Below are positions 22,824 through 34,539 of a stretch of 64,000 bases of DNA, one piece after another. This stretch comes from Camelus ferus (taxonomy: Eukaryota), in NCBI RefSeq assembly GCF_009834535.1, contig NC_045696.1, positions 80,292,001-80,356,000 of the forward strand. Direction: 5' to 3'. Position numbers and translations under genes: made by a program. The notes beneath the pieces were generated by a model, which saw only the letters and a program-made list of their open reading frames with translations, did no database searches and had not been told where the DNA came from. Position 1 is the first letter of the stretch; every line of letters begins with the position of its first letter.

Positions 22824-24433
22824 TCTGGTATCCGGGACCCAGGGACATCTTTGCAGAACTGGAAGTGAAAACAAGACTGACTTTATCATAAATAGGTAAG
22901 TCAGAACTAAACTTCAGAGTTCACATTATTTGTGATATTCTGTCCCCAGATCTCCAGCTGGCAAAGTAATAAACATCAAATAAGACTTGCAGTAGTGGGA
23001 CTGTTCCCCAGTAGGTCCCCAAGATTTATTCTGCTTATGACAATCAAATGATGTATGTGTGCTGTTTCACAATAATCTCACTACTCTAACAGCCTGTTGA
23101 TAAGCCCAATGTTAGGAGGTGCAGGGGGACAAGTCAAAGAAGAGAAAAACATTAGAATTTCAGAATGTGGTGAGGAAAAGTCCACAGCTGCTGCTGCTGA
23201 CGCTGTAAAGCCGTCGCCCTGGTCTCAGGTAGTTCACAGGAGCTCCAGATCCCTGACTCTTCTGGGGTAGTTAGTGCACGAAAGAACATAGCATCACTCC
23301 TCAGGTGAGGCTCCCACTGAGAATGATGACCATTGATTGATGAGAAAGGATGTGCTAATGACTCGTGTCAAGATGAGGGGCATAGTTCAGGAACACTGGA
23401 GAAGCAATCTAGTGATGGAACAGTAATGGAATAAAGTATTTGAGCAAGAAAGATTCTGCTCCCTTTTGACACAAAGACAAGCTGCCCAATTACTCCCTAA
23501 TGGGCAGGGAGTAACAGCATGAACAGAGGAAGGTACTGAACAAAGGGTGTTTAAAACAGCACAATTGAATCAATAGCCTTGTTTCTAAGTAGTAACAACC
23601 CAGCCCTTCAAAACTGAAGAGGGAAACAGCTGAGCACAGGCCCCAGGATCTTGGTGTGGCTTAAATTTCAATTCAGGCAGGATTTGAGACTTCACTGGGT
23701 GGTGCTAATGAAACACAGAGCACATTGGCTCACTTCCGCTTGATATTTAATTTGCTGTGTGATTTCCAGCATATTCTGTCTGATACAGGTGTTTTCAGGA
23801 TGGGTTGATCATTCAAAAAATGCTTTATTGTTTGAAGACGTGGTAACACTAAAAGAAAAAAACAAGAGTTTAAGATCTAGGTTCTGTACAAGTTTCAACT
23901 TTCAACTCTATTTAATTCATGATTCAATCATAACAAGTCATTTATGTATTCAGGGTCTACTGTGCTTATGGCCTTCTTAAGATTAATAGCCTGGCAAAAA
24001 TCCATAGGAGACATATGAAGACTTGGGTAACTGCTGTGGTTGTTCATATGTACAAAAGGGAGACCGTCTTCTTAAAGCCTTAAAATGGAAGGCTTTTTGA
24101 CTTGGCAAAGCATATAGAATGTGATTGCTTGACTGTATTGAAGACTTACTTGGCAATAATGTGATAAATATTTTAATAACCATTGCTGTGTTTTAGCAAC
24201 GCTCGACAATGACACATTGTGTAAAATTGCTATGAAGTGCAAGAGAGAAAACAGAGGCGAGGAGAGGCATCTAAGAAGTAGGTAAAATATTTGACCAGCG
24301 TTTGCTCTGACGGAGAAACTATGCTAGGTCCAGGGAATGTGCAAAGAGCAGTTTCGAGGAGAAGGAAGCTGATGAGAGCTGGGCTGCAGCACCAGGCGGG
24401 CTCGCAGGTCAGTCCTAGCTAGCTTGTCGGTGA

Positions 24434-24976
24434 TGTGTGAGGCTATCTTGATTACAGATGTAACAAATCACCCTGAAACTTGTAAAGCAAGAATCATTTC
24501 ACTTTGCTACTGATTTTGTGGGTAAGAACTTCAGGAAGGGCTGAGCTGGGCAGTTCTTATGTGGGATCTCTCACGAGGTTGCAGTCAGACGTTGGCTAGA
24601 TCTGCCCTCATTTGGAAGCTTGACTGGGTTGAGCCACATACGAGAGCAACATGGATGGCAGTGGATGGGCCTGTCACCTGGGAGCTCTGCCACACTCAGG
24701 AGCAGCTCCAGTATGGCGGTCTTTGGGTTGGCAAGATTCTCACCTGGTGGCTGTCTTCTGCCAGAACGAGTGTTCCAGTGGAAGCTGGTGGTAGATGCAT
24801 GGCATTTATGATGAAGCCTTGGAAGTCACACTGTCATCTCAGCCATTCTCCACTGGTAGAAGCAACCCTCCAGGGGCTGGAGAATTAGACTCGGCCCTCC
24901 GACTGGGGGGCAAAGCCACATTATAGAGAATGGGAGATGCCAATGCAGCCATCTTTCTAAAATAAAATCTGTCACA
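24434..24976. mobile_element. MaLR solo LTR (MLT1F/G/H-like)
   Basis: tgtaacaaatcaccctgaaact...gattttgtgggt...ttcaggaagggctgagctgggcagttct...gcagccatcttt...aatctgtcaca. Confidence 0.8.
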
Positions 24977-24977
24977 A

Positions 24978-25140
24978 TGGCCTTGAGAAAATAACTTCTC
25001 TAAAGCTGTGTACCTGTCTGTAAAATGAGAATAACAATATCCTATAAAATACAGTTACGCTAACCAAAAGAAGCAATGCCTTTAAGAGGCTTAGCCCAGT
25101 CCTGGAAACCCAGGTGCGTGCCTAATCACCGTTCGCTATT
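24978..25140 (+). mobile_element. MIR fragment
   Basis: Core text ctgtctgtaaaatgagaataacaata followed by gcttagcccagtcctgg. Confidence 0.7.
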
Positions 25141-26724
25141 AACAGAGTCCTGGCACTTTTGTGCTTACTCTAGCCCCTTATTCCACTTCGCAGAATGAGG
25201 ATACAAAGTCATGTCCCACCTCTTTGTAATCTTCAAATTATAAGTGCCTCTCACTCTCCTCTAACATATCCTCAAGGAGATCTGTCTCCTCCACGGGGTC
25301 TGACCTCTAATGACAATATCAACATGCTCATTTAAGCCCTGGTTCACTTTCTTGACACTGCTCTTTGGGTCTCATCTTTGCTAGAGAAAATTACTTATTG
25401 CTGCTGGGCATTTCAGTGAAGGCTTCTCTGCCTTCTCTCCCCAGGCTCCAAACCATCCCTTCAAGCCTTTCCCTCCCTAACGATGATCATTCCTTCTCTC
25501 ACTCTAAGAATAGAGGCTTCTCCAAACAGGAATTTTCTCATCACCCTCTCCTCCATTTCCACACCCAGTCCCACCTGTGCCCATCATCTTCTGCTCACCT
25601 TATGTCTCAAAATGAAGACACATCTCCTCTGGGTTCTAAGACCAAGTTCCCCAGCCTTTCATTCCATTCTCATTCTTTCCATCTTCTGTAGGACATCGCT
25701 AACTGATCATACCTTCTCGTATTTTCAACTGCCGCCTCTAGATGGGCACCTCCCCTCGAGTCTGTCAAATGCCAATGCCTCCCCTAGTTCACTAATCAGA
25801 ATCCACCAGCCACACCCTTGCTGCAGTCTTGTTTCCCTGTCAAGCTGCTGTACGCTCCTTTCCTTCGCCACCAACCTCACTGCCTGCAAATCCTCGTCAC
25901 CCTTTGTTCTTCACTCCCTGTAATCTGTCTCCTGCCCCATCTTTCTAGAAACTGTTCTCGCAAAGGATTCCTGGGGCCTCCTGATGGTTTTAAGCCACTG
26001 AGTTTTGAGGTGGCTTGTTACACAGTAAAAGTGAACTAACACAGTGATCAAGCCAGGGTCTTGCCCCGTGTGACGATTGCAAAGCCCCTGCCCCACACCC
26101 CCCCGTCCCTCCACGTCAGCAGGTGATGGCGAGTGAGGCTAATGCTTTCCTATGGGGACTTTGACTTTCAAGTGAAGGAGTCAGAGAATATTTAGAAAGT
26201 TTGGTTTTGTTTCTTAATCTGAAAGTCTCACATTAAGGAGCATCGTGTGTAGAGGGAATGAGGGGCAGAATTTTAAAAGAGGATTAACCACTTGGTGAGA
26301 TTTTTTCAAAACCTGTCCTCTCAGCTTTTGCATTTGCTCCCTGGCATAAAGGCAGTGGGGATGTTTTGAAGTCCGTCTCTACATCTTTGCTGAGATGCAG
26401 TCCAAACAGTTCTTCACAGGAAGAAACTGGGGCCTAGGGTGCCCAGATGACACCTTAAGTCAAACCTGCTAAATAGCAGGATTTTATACTTGTTTTTTAT
26501 GTTTGTGTTCAAATTTTTATTTTTTAAACAATCGGATACATGTTTATAGCAAGTTAAACAGTACAGAGGTCTATAAAAGCTTCTCCTTTTCTACTTGAGT
26601 ACTGAGGAAATCAATATAAATAGCCTGACAGACCTTCAGTGCTTTTCTGTGTGAATATTTTATCTTGTCAGTGATAAATACTTCCAGGTAAGGAAAAAAT
26701 GGTCAATTTCCTTTTCCCACTTCT

Positions 26725-29090
26725 AAACTGAGCTACAGTTGATATATCATAAAATGTACGAGTTTAAAGTGTACAACTCGGTAGTTTTTAATGCATTCAT
26801 GAGGCTGGAAAACCATCACCATTGTCTAATTCTAGAACATTTTCATCACCTTGAAAGGAAACTGACCCATCATTAGTCACTTGTATTCTCTTCAGTCCTG
26901 GTATTTAGTTTCTTTATAGACTGCCCATTCTATACATTTTGTACAAATTGAATCATACAATATGCAGCCTTTTGTCTGGATTCTTACACTCAGCATAATG
27001 ATTTCAAGGTTCATTCATGTTGTAAGCAGGTATCAGTACTTCTTTTTTATGGCCAAATATTTCATTGTATGAATAGACCACATGTGTTTATCTATTCATC
27101 AGTTGGACATTTGGCTATTATGAATGTTTCTATGAACATTTGTGTACAAGTCTGAAGTGAACAAGTGTTTTCTCTTGGGTATATATCTAGGAGTGAAATT
27201 GCCAAGTTAAATGGAAATTCTATGTTTGGAAATCCCTCAGAAAGTTAAACTGTGTTCCAAAGCAGCTCCACCATTTTACATTCCCACATCAATCTATGAG
27301 GGTTCCGGTTTCTCCACCCTTGTCCATATGTGTTACTGTGTTCTTGGTTGTAGCCATCCTAATGGGTGTAATGTGATATCTCATGGTGTTTTTGATCTGC
27401 GTTTCTTCAATGAGTAATGATGCTAAGTATTTTCCTGTGCTTATTGACCTTTTGAATATTTTCTTTGGAGAAATGTCTATTCAAATCCTCTTTATCTAAA
27501 TTTTCTGAACTGTAATAGTTCTCTATATATTCTAGAGACAAGTCCCTGACTGAATATCTAATTTGCAAATACTTTCTCCCATTGTTTATACATTCTTGAT
27601 AGTGTCCTTGAAACACACAAGTTTTAAAAATTCTGATAAAGCCCAATTTATTATATGTGTTTGTCATATCTAAGAAGTCGTTGCCAAATCCAAGGTTATG
27701 AAACTTTTGTTTTCTTCTAGATACTTTGTAGCATTAGTTCTTACATTTAGGTCATTCCATTTTGGGTCATTTCATTTTGAGTTGATTTTTGTATATGGTG
27801 TGAGTAGGGGTCCAAGTTTATTCTTTTGCACGTGGAATCTCCACTTATCCCGGCACCATTTAAGACTCTTCTTTCTCCATTGAATGGTCTTGTTTTGCCC
27901 TTGCTGAAAATCAACTGACCATAGTTATGTATGTGTTTACTTCTGGCTCAGTTCTATTCCATTCATCTATATGTTTATCCTTATGCTGTTAGTAGACTAT
28001 ATTGATTATTATATCTTTGTAGTAAGTTCTGAAATTGGGAAGTGTGAAATGTCCAACTTTGGCTTTTTAAAGATTATTTTGGCTAATCTGAGTCCCTGAA
28101 CTTCATATGGACTTCGAACAGATTGCCAATTTCTTTTTCTTAAAAAATCAAGTTTTGGTGAAAACTGTTGAAATCTGTGGATCAGTTTGGGAAGTTTTGA
28201 CATCTTAAGTTTAAGACTTTCAATCCAGGAACATGGGATATCCTTCCATGTATTTAGGTCTTTACCTTTAATGATATTTTGTGGTTCTGGTATACAAGTC
28301 TTGCACTCTTTTTTAAAAAAAATTTATTCCTGGGAGAGGGTATAGCTCAAATGGTAGAGCACATGCTTAGCATGCTCGAGGCCCTGGGTTCAATCCCCAG
28401 TACCTCCTCTAAAAGGTAAAATAAACTTAATTATTCCCCCCAAAAGTATAAAAAATTTATTCTTAAGTATCTTCTCTTTGATACTATCATAAGTGAAATT
28501 ATTTTTTTAGATGGTTCATTGCTAGCATATAGAAAGATAGTTAATTCACTCATGATATTACATCTTACAGTTTTTCTGAACTGGTTTATTAGTCAATAGT
28601 TTTTACTTGGATTGTTCAGGAATTTTGATAGACAAGATCATGTCAACTGCAATATTTTATTTCTTTGCAGTTTGGATACTTCTGCTTTTTCCTTCCTAAT
28701 TATCCAAGTTAAAACCTTCCGTACAATTTTGAATAAAAGTAGCAGGAGTGAATACCCCTGACTTGTTCCTGATCTTAAAGGGAAAGCTTTCAGTTTTTCA
28801 TCAATAAATACGAAGATTACTGTGTGTTTTTTACAGATTCTCTTTAACAGGTTGAGATGGTTCCTGTCTGTTCTGTTTCATTGAGTGTTTCTATTATGAA
28901 AAGTGCTGGATTTTTGTCTAACGTTTCTATGTGTCTACTGAGATGATCATATTGTTTTCATCCTTTATTAACATGTTGAAGCCACCTTGCATTTAATGGT
29001 TGATACTCACTTTTATATGTTACTGGATTCCGTTTGCCAGTATTTTGTTGAGGATTTGTGCATCTCTAGTCATAAAGGATATTGATCTTG
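26725..29090 (-). mobile_element. Old LINE-1 (L1MB-like) 3' ~2.2 kb, interrupted by a SINE
   Basis: Minus-strand ORF2 remnants (EDLNRHFSKENIQ, LPKLIHRF). 3'UTR text tttaaagtgtacaactc. Confidence 0.88.
28332..28449 (+). mobile_element. Vic-1-type tRNA-derived SINE (camelid)
   Basis: GGGAGAGGGTATAGCTCAAATGGTAGAGC (A box)...GGTTCAATCCC (B box)...AAACTTAATTATTCCCCC tail. TSD AAAAAATTTATTC(C/T)T at 28317-28331 / 28450-28464. Confidence 0.9.
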
Positions 29091-29104
29091 TGATAACTCA
29101 TTTT

Positions 29105-29667
29105 TTTGGAGGGGGTATCCAAAACCACTTTCTGTTCATTTTATTTTTTAAATTAAAGTACAGTCAGTTACAATGTGTCAGTTTCTGGTGTACAGCACAA
29201 TATCCCAGTCATGCATATACATACATATATTTGTTTTCATATTCTTTTTCATTAAAGGATATTACAAGGTATTGAATATAGTTTTCTGTGCTATACAGAA
29301 GAAATTTGTTTTTTTTAAATCTATTTCATATTTAATGGCTAACATTTAACCCTTTCCTCGAGTAACCATAAGATTTTTTATTGTCTGTGAGCCTTGTTGT
29401 TTTGTAGATGAGTTCATTAGTGTCCTCTTTTTTTCTTTTTTAGATTCCACATATGAGTGATATATGGTATTTTTCTTTCTCTTTCTGGCTTACTTAGAAC
29501 GATGATCTCTAGGTCCATCCACGTTGCAAATGGCATTATTTTATTCCATTTTGTGGTTGAGTGTTTCCATGTTCTTCAGGTGTTCTTTCCCATGGCCCAG
29601 AATCCTCTCTTGATGACTGTATCTCTGTAGTATCGTCTGAAGTCTGGGAGGGTTATTCCTTCAGCTT

Positions 29668-29703
<36 letters not shown>

Positions 29704-29926
29704 CAGTATTGCTCTGGCAATTCTGAGTCTTGTGATTCCATATAATTTTAGGACTATTTGTTCTAGTTCTGTGAAAAATGTCATAGGTAATTTGATAGGA
29801 ATCACATTAAATCTGTAGATTGCCTTGGGTATTTATGGCCATTTTAACAATATTGATTCTTCTAATCTAAGAGCATGGGATATCTTTCCATTACTTTAAG
29901 TCATCTTTAACTTCCTTAAATCAATG
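29105..29926 (-). mobile_element. Chimeric, internally deleted L1 retrocopy (ORF2 piece + ~35-nt foreign insert + 3'UTR + short 3' extension)
   Basis: Exact TSD GATAACTCATTTT at 29092-29104 / 29927-29939. ORF2 [17 protein letters not shown] jumps via non-L1 sequence to the extreme 3' region. Confidence 0.85.
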
Positions 29927-31746
29927 GATAACTCATTTTAATAGACCTTAAGAGCAAAGCTTTCATATTATGGGCTAACTACTGAGATATTTAAAATTTC
30001 CTGTAATAAGCAGCATTAAAATAATGCTTACATAAAAGTTCATTTCATTTCTTTAGATTTCTAAATAAAGACTGCTTAGTCAAAGTGTATGTTCATTTTA
30101 AATTTAAATACTTCCAAAAATTTCCAAAAAGTAGCAGTCTTCCCAGAGAGAGATGTGATTATTTCCACATACTTTCTCCAGTGTAAGAAAATGATCTTTT
30201 AAATTTTTGCGAAAAGGGTCACATGTTTCATTACTTCAATTTTCCTAGCATGTACCAAGGCTGAACATCGTTCCCTATGATATTTGCAATTTACATTTCC
30301 TCTATAAACAGCCCATTTATTGGCTTTGTCTGTTTTTTAAATTGCATTGTTTTTGTTCTTATTAATGAATAGGAGTTTTTGCATATTAGAGATTTTAACC
30401 TTTAGTCAGTGATATTTTGCATTTTCTCTATTTTTAATTGTGTCAACTTTTTCCTTTCTAGCTTTTGGGTTCCTTTTTACCATAACCACCTCACCCCTCC
30501 CAAGGTTATACAAACATTCTTTGTAAAATACTGTATATTCTACTGCTGCTGTAACAAATGACCACAATTCCTCTCTAGCTGAATAAGCAAATCCAGAAAG
30601 ATGTGTTGAAGGTTCTCAGTGACAAATCTGCTTGACACAGTGAAAGAAAATCCCAGGGCTTTATCCTGAAAGACTTGACTTTGCTACACAGCTAAAAACT
30701 GCAGGAAGGGCAAGCACATGGGTGAATAGGTCCTTTTCCTGAAGATCAAGGCTTCTCTGGGAAAACCTAGTAAGAACCCATGGGATGGCTCAGCAAGGCT
30801 CCCTTGGCCTTCCAAAGATAATAGTCTTCAGAACCCATTCCTGCATTTCCTTTTCCTTTATACCCTTGGTTTCACATGTTTACTCTTTTCTATACTTTTA
30901 TTGAAGTATGGTTGATTAACAATATTGTGTTAGTTTCAGGTGTACAGCAAAATGATTCAGCTATACATTTTTTCAGGTTATTTTCCACTATAGGTTACTA
31001 TAAGATACTGAATATAGTTCTCTGTGTTATACAGTAAACCCTTGTTTCTTACCTGTTCTATGTATAGTAGGTTTTATCTATTAACCCCACTGTCCTAATT
31101 TATCCCTCCCTTCCCTTTCCTCTTTTAGCAACCATAAGTTCTCTGTCAATGAGTCTGTTTCTGTTATGTATATGGATTCACCTGTAATTTTTTAGATTTC
31201 ACATATGAGTGATAGCATATGATACTTGACTTTCTCTATCTGACTTCACTAAATATAATATTCTCTAGTTCCATCTGTGCTGCTACATATGGCGATTAAT
31301 TCTTTATGGCTGAGTAATATTCCATTGTGCTCATATACCACATCTTAAGCCAGTCATCTGTTGATGGGCACTTGAGTTGTATCCATGTCTTGGCTATTAG
31401 TAAATAGTTCTGCTATGAACATTAGGGTGTATGTAACTTTTTGAGTTAGCATTTTAGTCTTTTCTGGTTGTGTATCCAGGAGTGGGATTGCTGAATCATC
31501 TGGTAACTATTAGTTTTTCAGGATACCTCCATACTATTTTTCATAATGGCTGCCCCAATTTACATTGCCACCAACAGTGTAGGAGGGTTCCCTTTTCTCC
31601 ACACCTTCTCCAACATTTATTTGTAAATTTTTTTAATAACCATTCTGACTGGTGTGAGGTGATATTGTGGTTTTAATTTGCATTACTTTATTTTGCCATG
31701 TTGAGCATCATTTCACGTGCCTCTTGGCCATCTGTATGTCTTCTTT

Positions 31747-34384
31747 TTTTCTTTTCCTTTTCATTTTTCAGTTTTATTAGATAGAATTGCTGCACTTTGA
31801 CTGCACATACACAGTATATTGTGTGTAAATACATACACACAATATACTGCACATATTTTTAAAATTTACATGTATGTACTATTCATTATTTCTAAGAATG
31901 TTTAGAGCTTTAGCTTTTTTAACTTACATACTTATCAAAGGAATAAAGCAAACCACAAAATAAGAATTAATTAAAAAAAATACATACACTCTGCTATTAA
32001 CAGCAATGCTATTTATAATTGCCAAGATATAGAAGCATCCTAAATGCAGATCATTAGATGAATGGATAAAGATGCAGCATATATATGTAATGGAATACAA
32101 CTCACCCATAAGAAAGAAGGGTATTTTGCCATTTGTGGCCCTTCATTCACTTTTTTTTTTACTTCAAAAACCAGAATTTTATAACTGGCATAAACATTTC
32201 CATTTCATCAAAAACAACAAAATACCTAGAAATAAACTTAGCCAAGGAAGTTACCTATACTCCAAAAACTGTAAAACACTGATGAAGGAAATTGAAGATG
32301 ATGTAAAGAAATGGAAAGATGTCCTGTGCTCTTGGATTGGAAGAACCAACACTATCAAAACAGCCGCACTACCCAAAGCAATCCACAGATCCAGTGCAGC
32401 CCCCGTCAAAATACTCACGACATTCTTTGCAGAACTAGAACAAAACAATTCCGAAATTTATATGGAACCACGAAAGACCCTGAACAGCCAAAGCAATAGG
32501 TCTTTTTTTCTCTTTCTTCTTTTTGTTCTCTTTTCACATGGTTTGATGACTAGAGAAGTTCCTTTAATATTTGTTGTAAAGCTGGTTATGGTGCTGAATT
32601 CTTTTAGCTTTTATCTGTGAAGCTTTTGATTTCTCCATCAAATCTGAACGAGGGCCTTGCTAGATAGAGTATTCTTGGTTCTGAATTTTTCCCTTTCATC
32701 ACTTTAACTGTATCATGCCACTCCCTTCTGGCCTGTAAATTTTTTGCTGAAAAATCAGCTGATAACGTTATGGGAGTTCCTTTGTATGTTATTTGTTGCT
32801 TTTCTCTTGCTAATTTTAATATTTTCTCCTTATCCTTAATTTTTGTCAATTTGATGACTATGTGCCTTGGTGTGTTTCTCTTTGGGTTTATCCTGTGTGA
32901 AACTGTCTGAGCTTCCTGGACCTGGGTGACTGTTTCCTTTCCCAAGTTGGGGAAGTTTTCAGTTATTATCTCTCCAAAAATTTTCTCAGGTTCTTTCTCT
33001 CTCCTCTTTCTGGGACCCCTATAATGTGAATATTAGAGTACTTCATGTTGTCCCAGAGTTCTCTTAAACTATCCTCATTTCTTTTCATTCTTTTTTCTTT
33101 TTTCTGTTCTGCAGTAGTGATTTCCACTAATCTGTCTTCTAGCTCGCTGATCCATTCTTCTACCTCATTTAGTCTATTCTTGGTTCCTTCTAATGTGTTA
33201 TTCATTTCATTGACTTTATTCTTCAACTCTGTTTAGGTATTCTTTATATTTTCCAACTCTATGCTAAAAACTTCGCTCTGTGCATCTATACTCCTCTTGA
33301 GTTCTCTGAACGTCTTGGCCATCGTTACTTTAAACTCTTTCTCAGATAAATTGCCTAATTCATCACTTATTTCTTCTGGGAGTTTATCTTGTGCTTTGGC
33401 CTGGGAGATATTCCTCTGCTGCCTCATATTGTTTATCTTTCTATTTGTATTTTTAGGTAGGTTATGTTTCTTGACCTTGAGAGGTGGCCCTCTGTGAGAG
33501 ACATCCTATGCGTCCCAGCAGTGCACTCCTCTCATCACCCCAGGTCCAGGGTCCAGCTGGTCCCAGTGTGGAGTCTGGCCTGTGTTTGTGGGTTCCTTCC
33601 ACAGGCTTTAGGATTGTTGTTTTCTTATTTCTGGTCTCTGCCCCAGTGGATGAGGCTGGGCTAGAGGCTTACACAGGTTTCCTGGCAGGAGGAGCTAGTT
33701 CCTGGCCTCTGCTGGGTGAAGCTTGGTCCTGGACCTCTGGTGGGTAGGGCCACGTTTAGAGGCCTTTGTGGCTCAGGAGGTCTGCTGATGGGTGGGGCTG
33801 GGTCTTGGTGCTAATGATCAAATCAAGATGTCAGCCTCCAGGAAAGCTGATGTAGATGAACACTCCTGGAATGTCCGCCACCAGCTTTTATGTCCCCTGG
33901 GTGAGCCACAGCCATCCCCTACGGCCCCAGGAGACTCTCCAAAATGAGCAGGCAGGCCTGGCCCAGGTTCCTATGAAATCACTGCCTCTGCACTTGGACC
34001 TGGTTCATGCGAGATTCTGTGTATGCTTCCCAGAAGTCTCTGTTCCCCCCAGCCCCGTGGGGCTCCTGGAGCTAAGCCCTGCTGGCCTTCCAAGCCAGAT
34101 GTCCTGGGGTTTCCTCCTCCCCTCGGTGCTGGAACCCTGGGCTGGGGAGCCTGACGTGGGGCTCAGAATTCTCACTCCTGTGGGAGGGCCTCTGCGACTT
34201 AATTATTCTTCAGCTTGTGGGTTGCCCATCTGGGGAGTATGGGGCCCGATTATATCACAAGCACGTCCCTCCTACTGTCCTGTTGTGGCTCCCTCTTTAT
34301 GTTTCCAGTTGAAGGTTTGCTAGGTTCCAGTCTTTCTTCCGATGGTTGTTTAGCAGTCAGTTGTAGCTTTGTTGTAGTTGCGAG
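31747..34384 (-). mobile_element. ORF1-only (HAL1-like) L1 retro-insertion with a composite 3' tail
   Basis: 5'UTR at ~34384-33430 and ORF1 remnants at ~33427-32600. Then opposite-strand ORF2 scraps (31925-32496), unique sequence with AATAAA (31773-31778 on -) and poly(A). Enclosed together with the adjacent SINE by TSD CTGTATGTCTTCTTT. Confidence 0.75.
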
Positions 34385-34389
34385 CTGTC

Positions 34390-34539
34390 TTTTTTTTCCC
34401 ATTTCTTTTGAGGGGGCAGGTAATTAGGTTTGTTTATTTGTTTGTTTGTTTATTTATTTTGATAGAGGTACTGGGGATTGAACCCAAGACCTCCTTCAGG
34501 CTAAGCATGTGCTCTACCACTGAGCTATACCCCCTCCCA
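34390..34539 (-). mobile_element. Vic-1-type SINE
   Basis: Minus strand GGGAGGGGGTATAGCTCAGTGGTAGAGCACATGCTTAGC...GGGTTCAATCCCCAGTACCTC...CCTAATTACC. Confidence 0.9.

Noticed and set aside
20221..22824. CAAA(T) as the provirus TSD
   Set aside because: It overlaps the decayed LTR termini, so it cannot be separated from LTR sequence.
23490..23514. 9-bp inverted repeat TTACTCCCT...AGGGAGTAA
   Set aside because: Short enough to arise by chance in 64 kb, with no supporting context.
28332..28410. Functional tRNA gene (also at 34.5, 44.9 and 61.6 kb)
   Set aside because: Has a SINE tail and TSDs, and the copies are mutually diverged. These are tRNA-derived SINEs.
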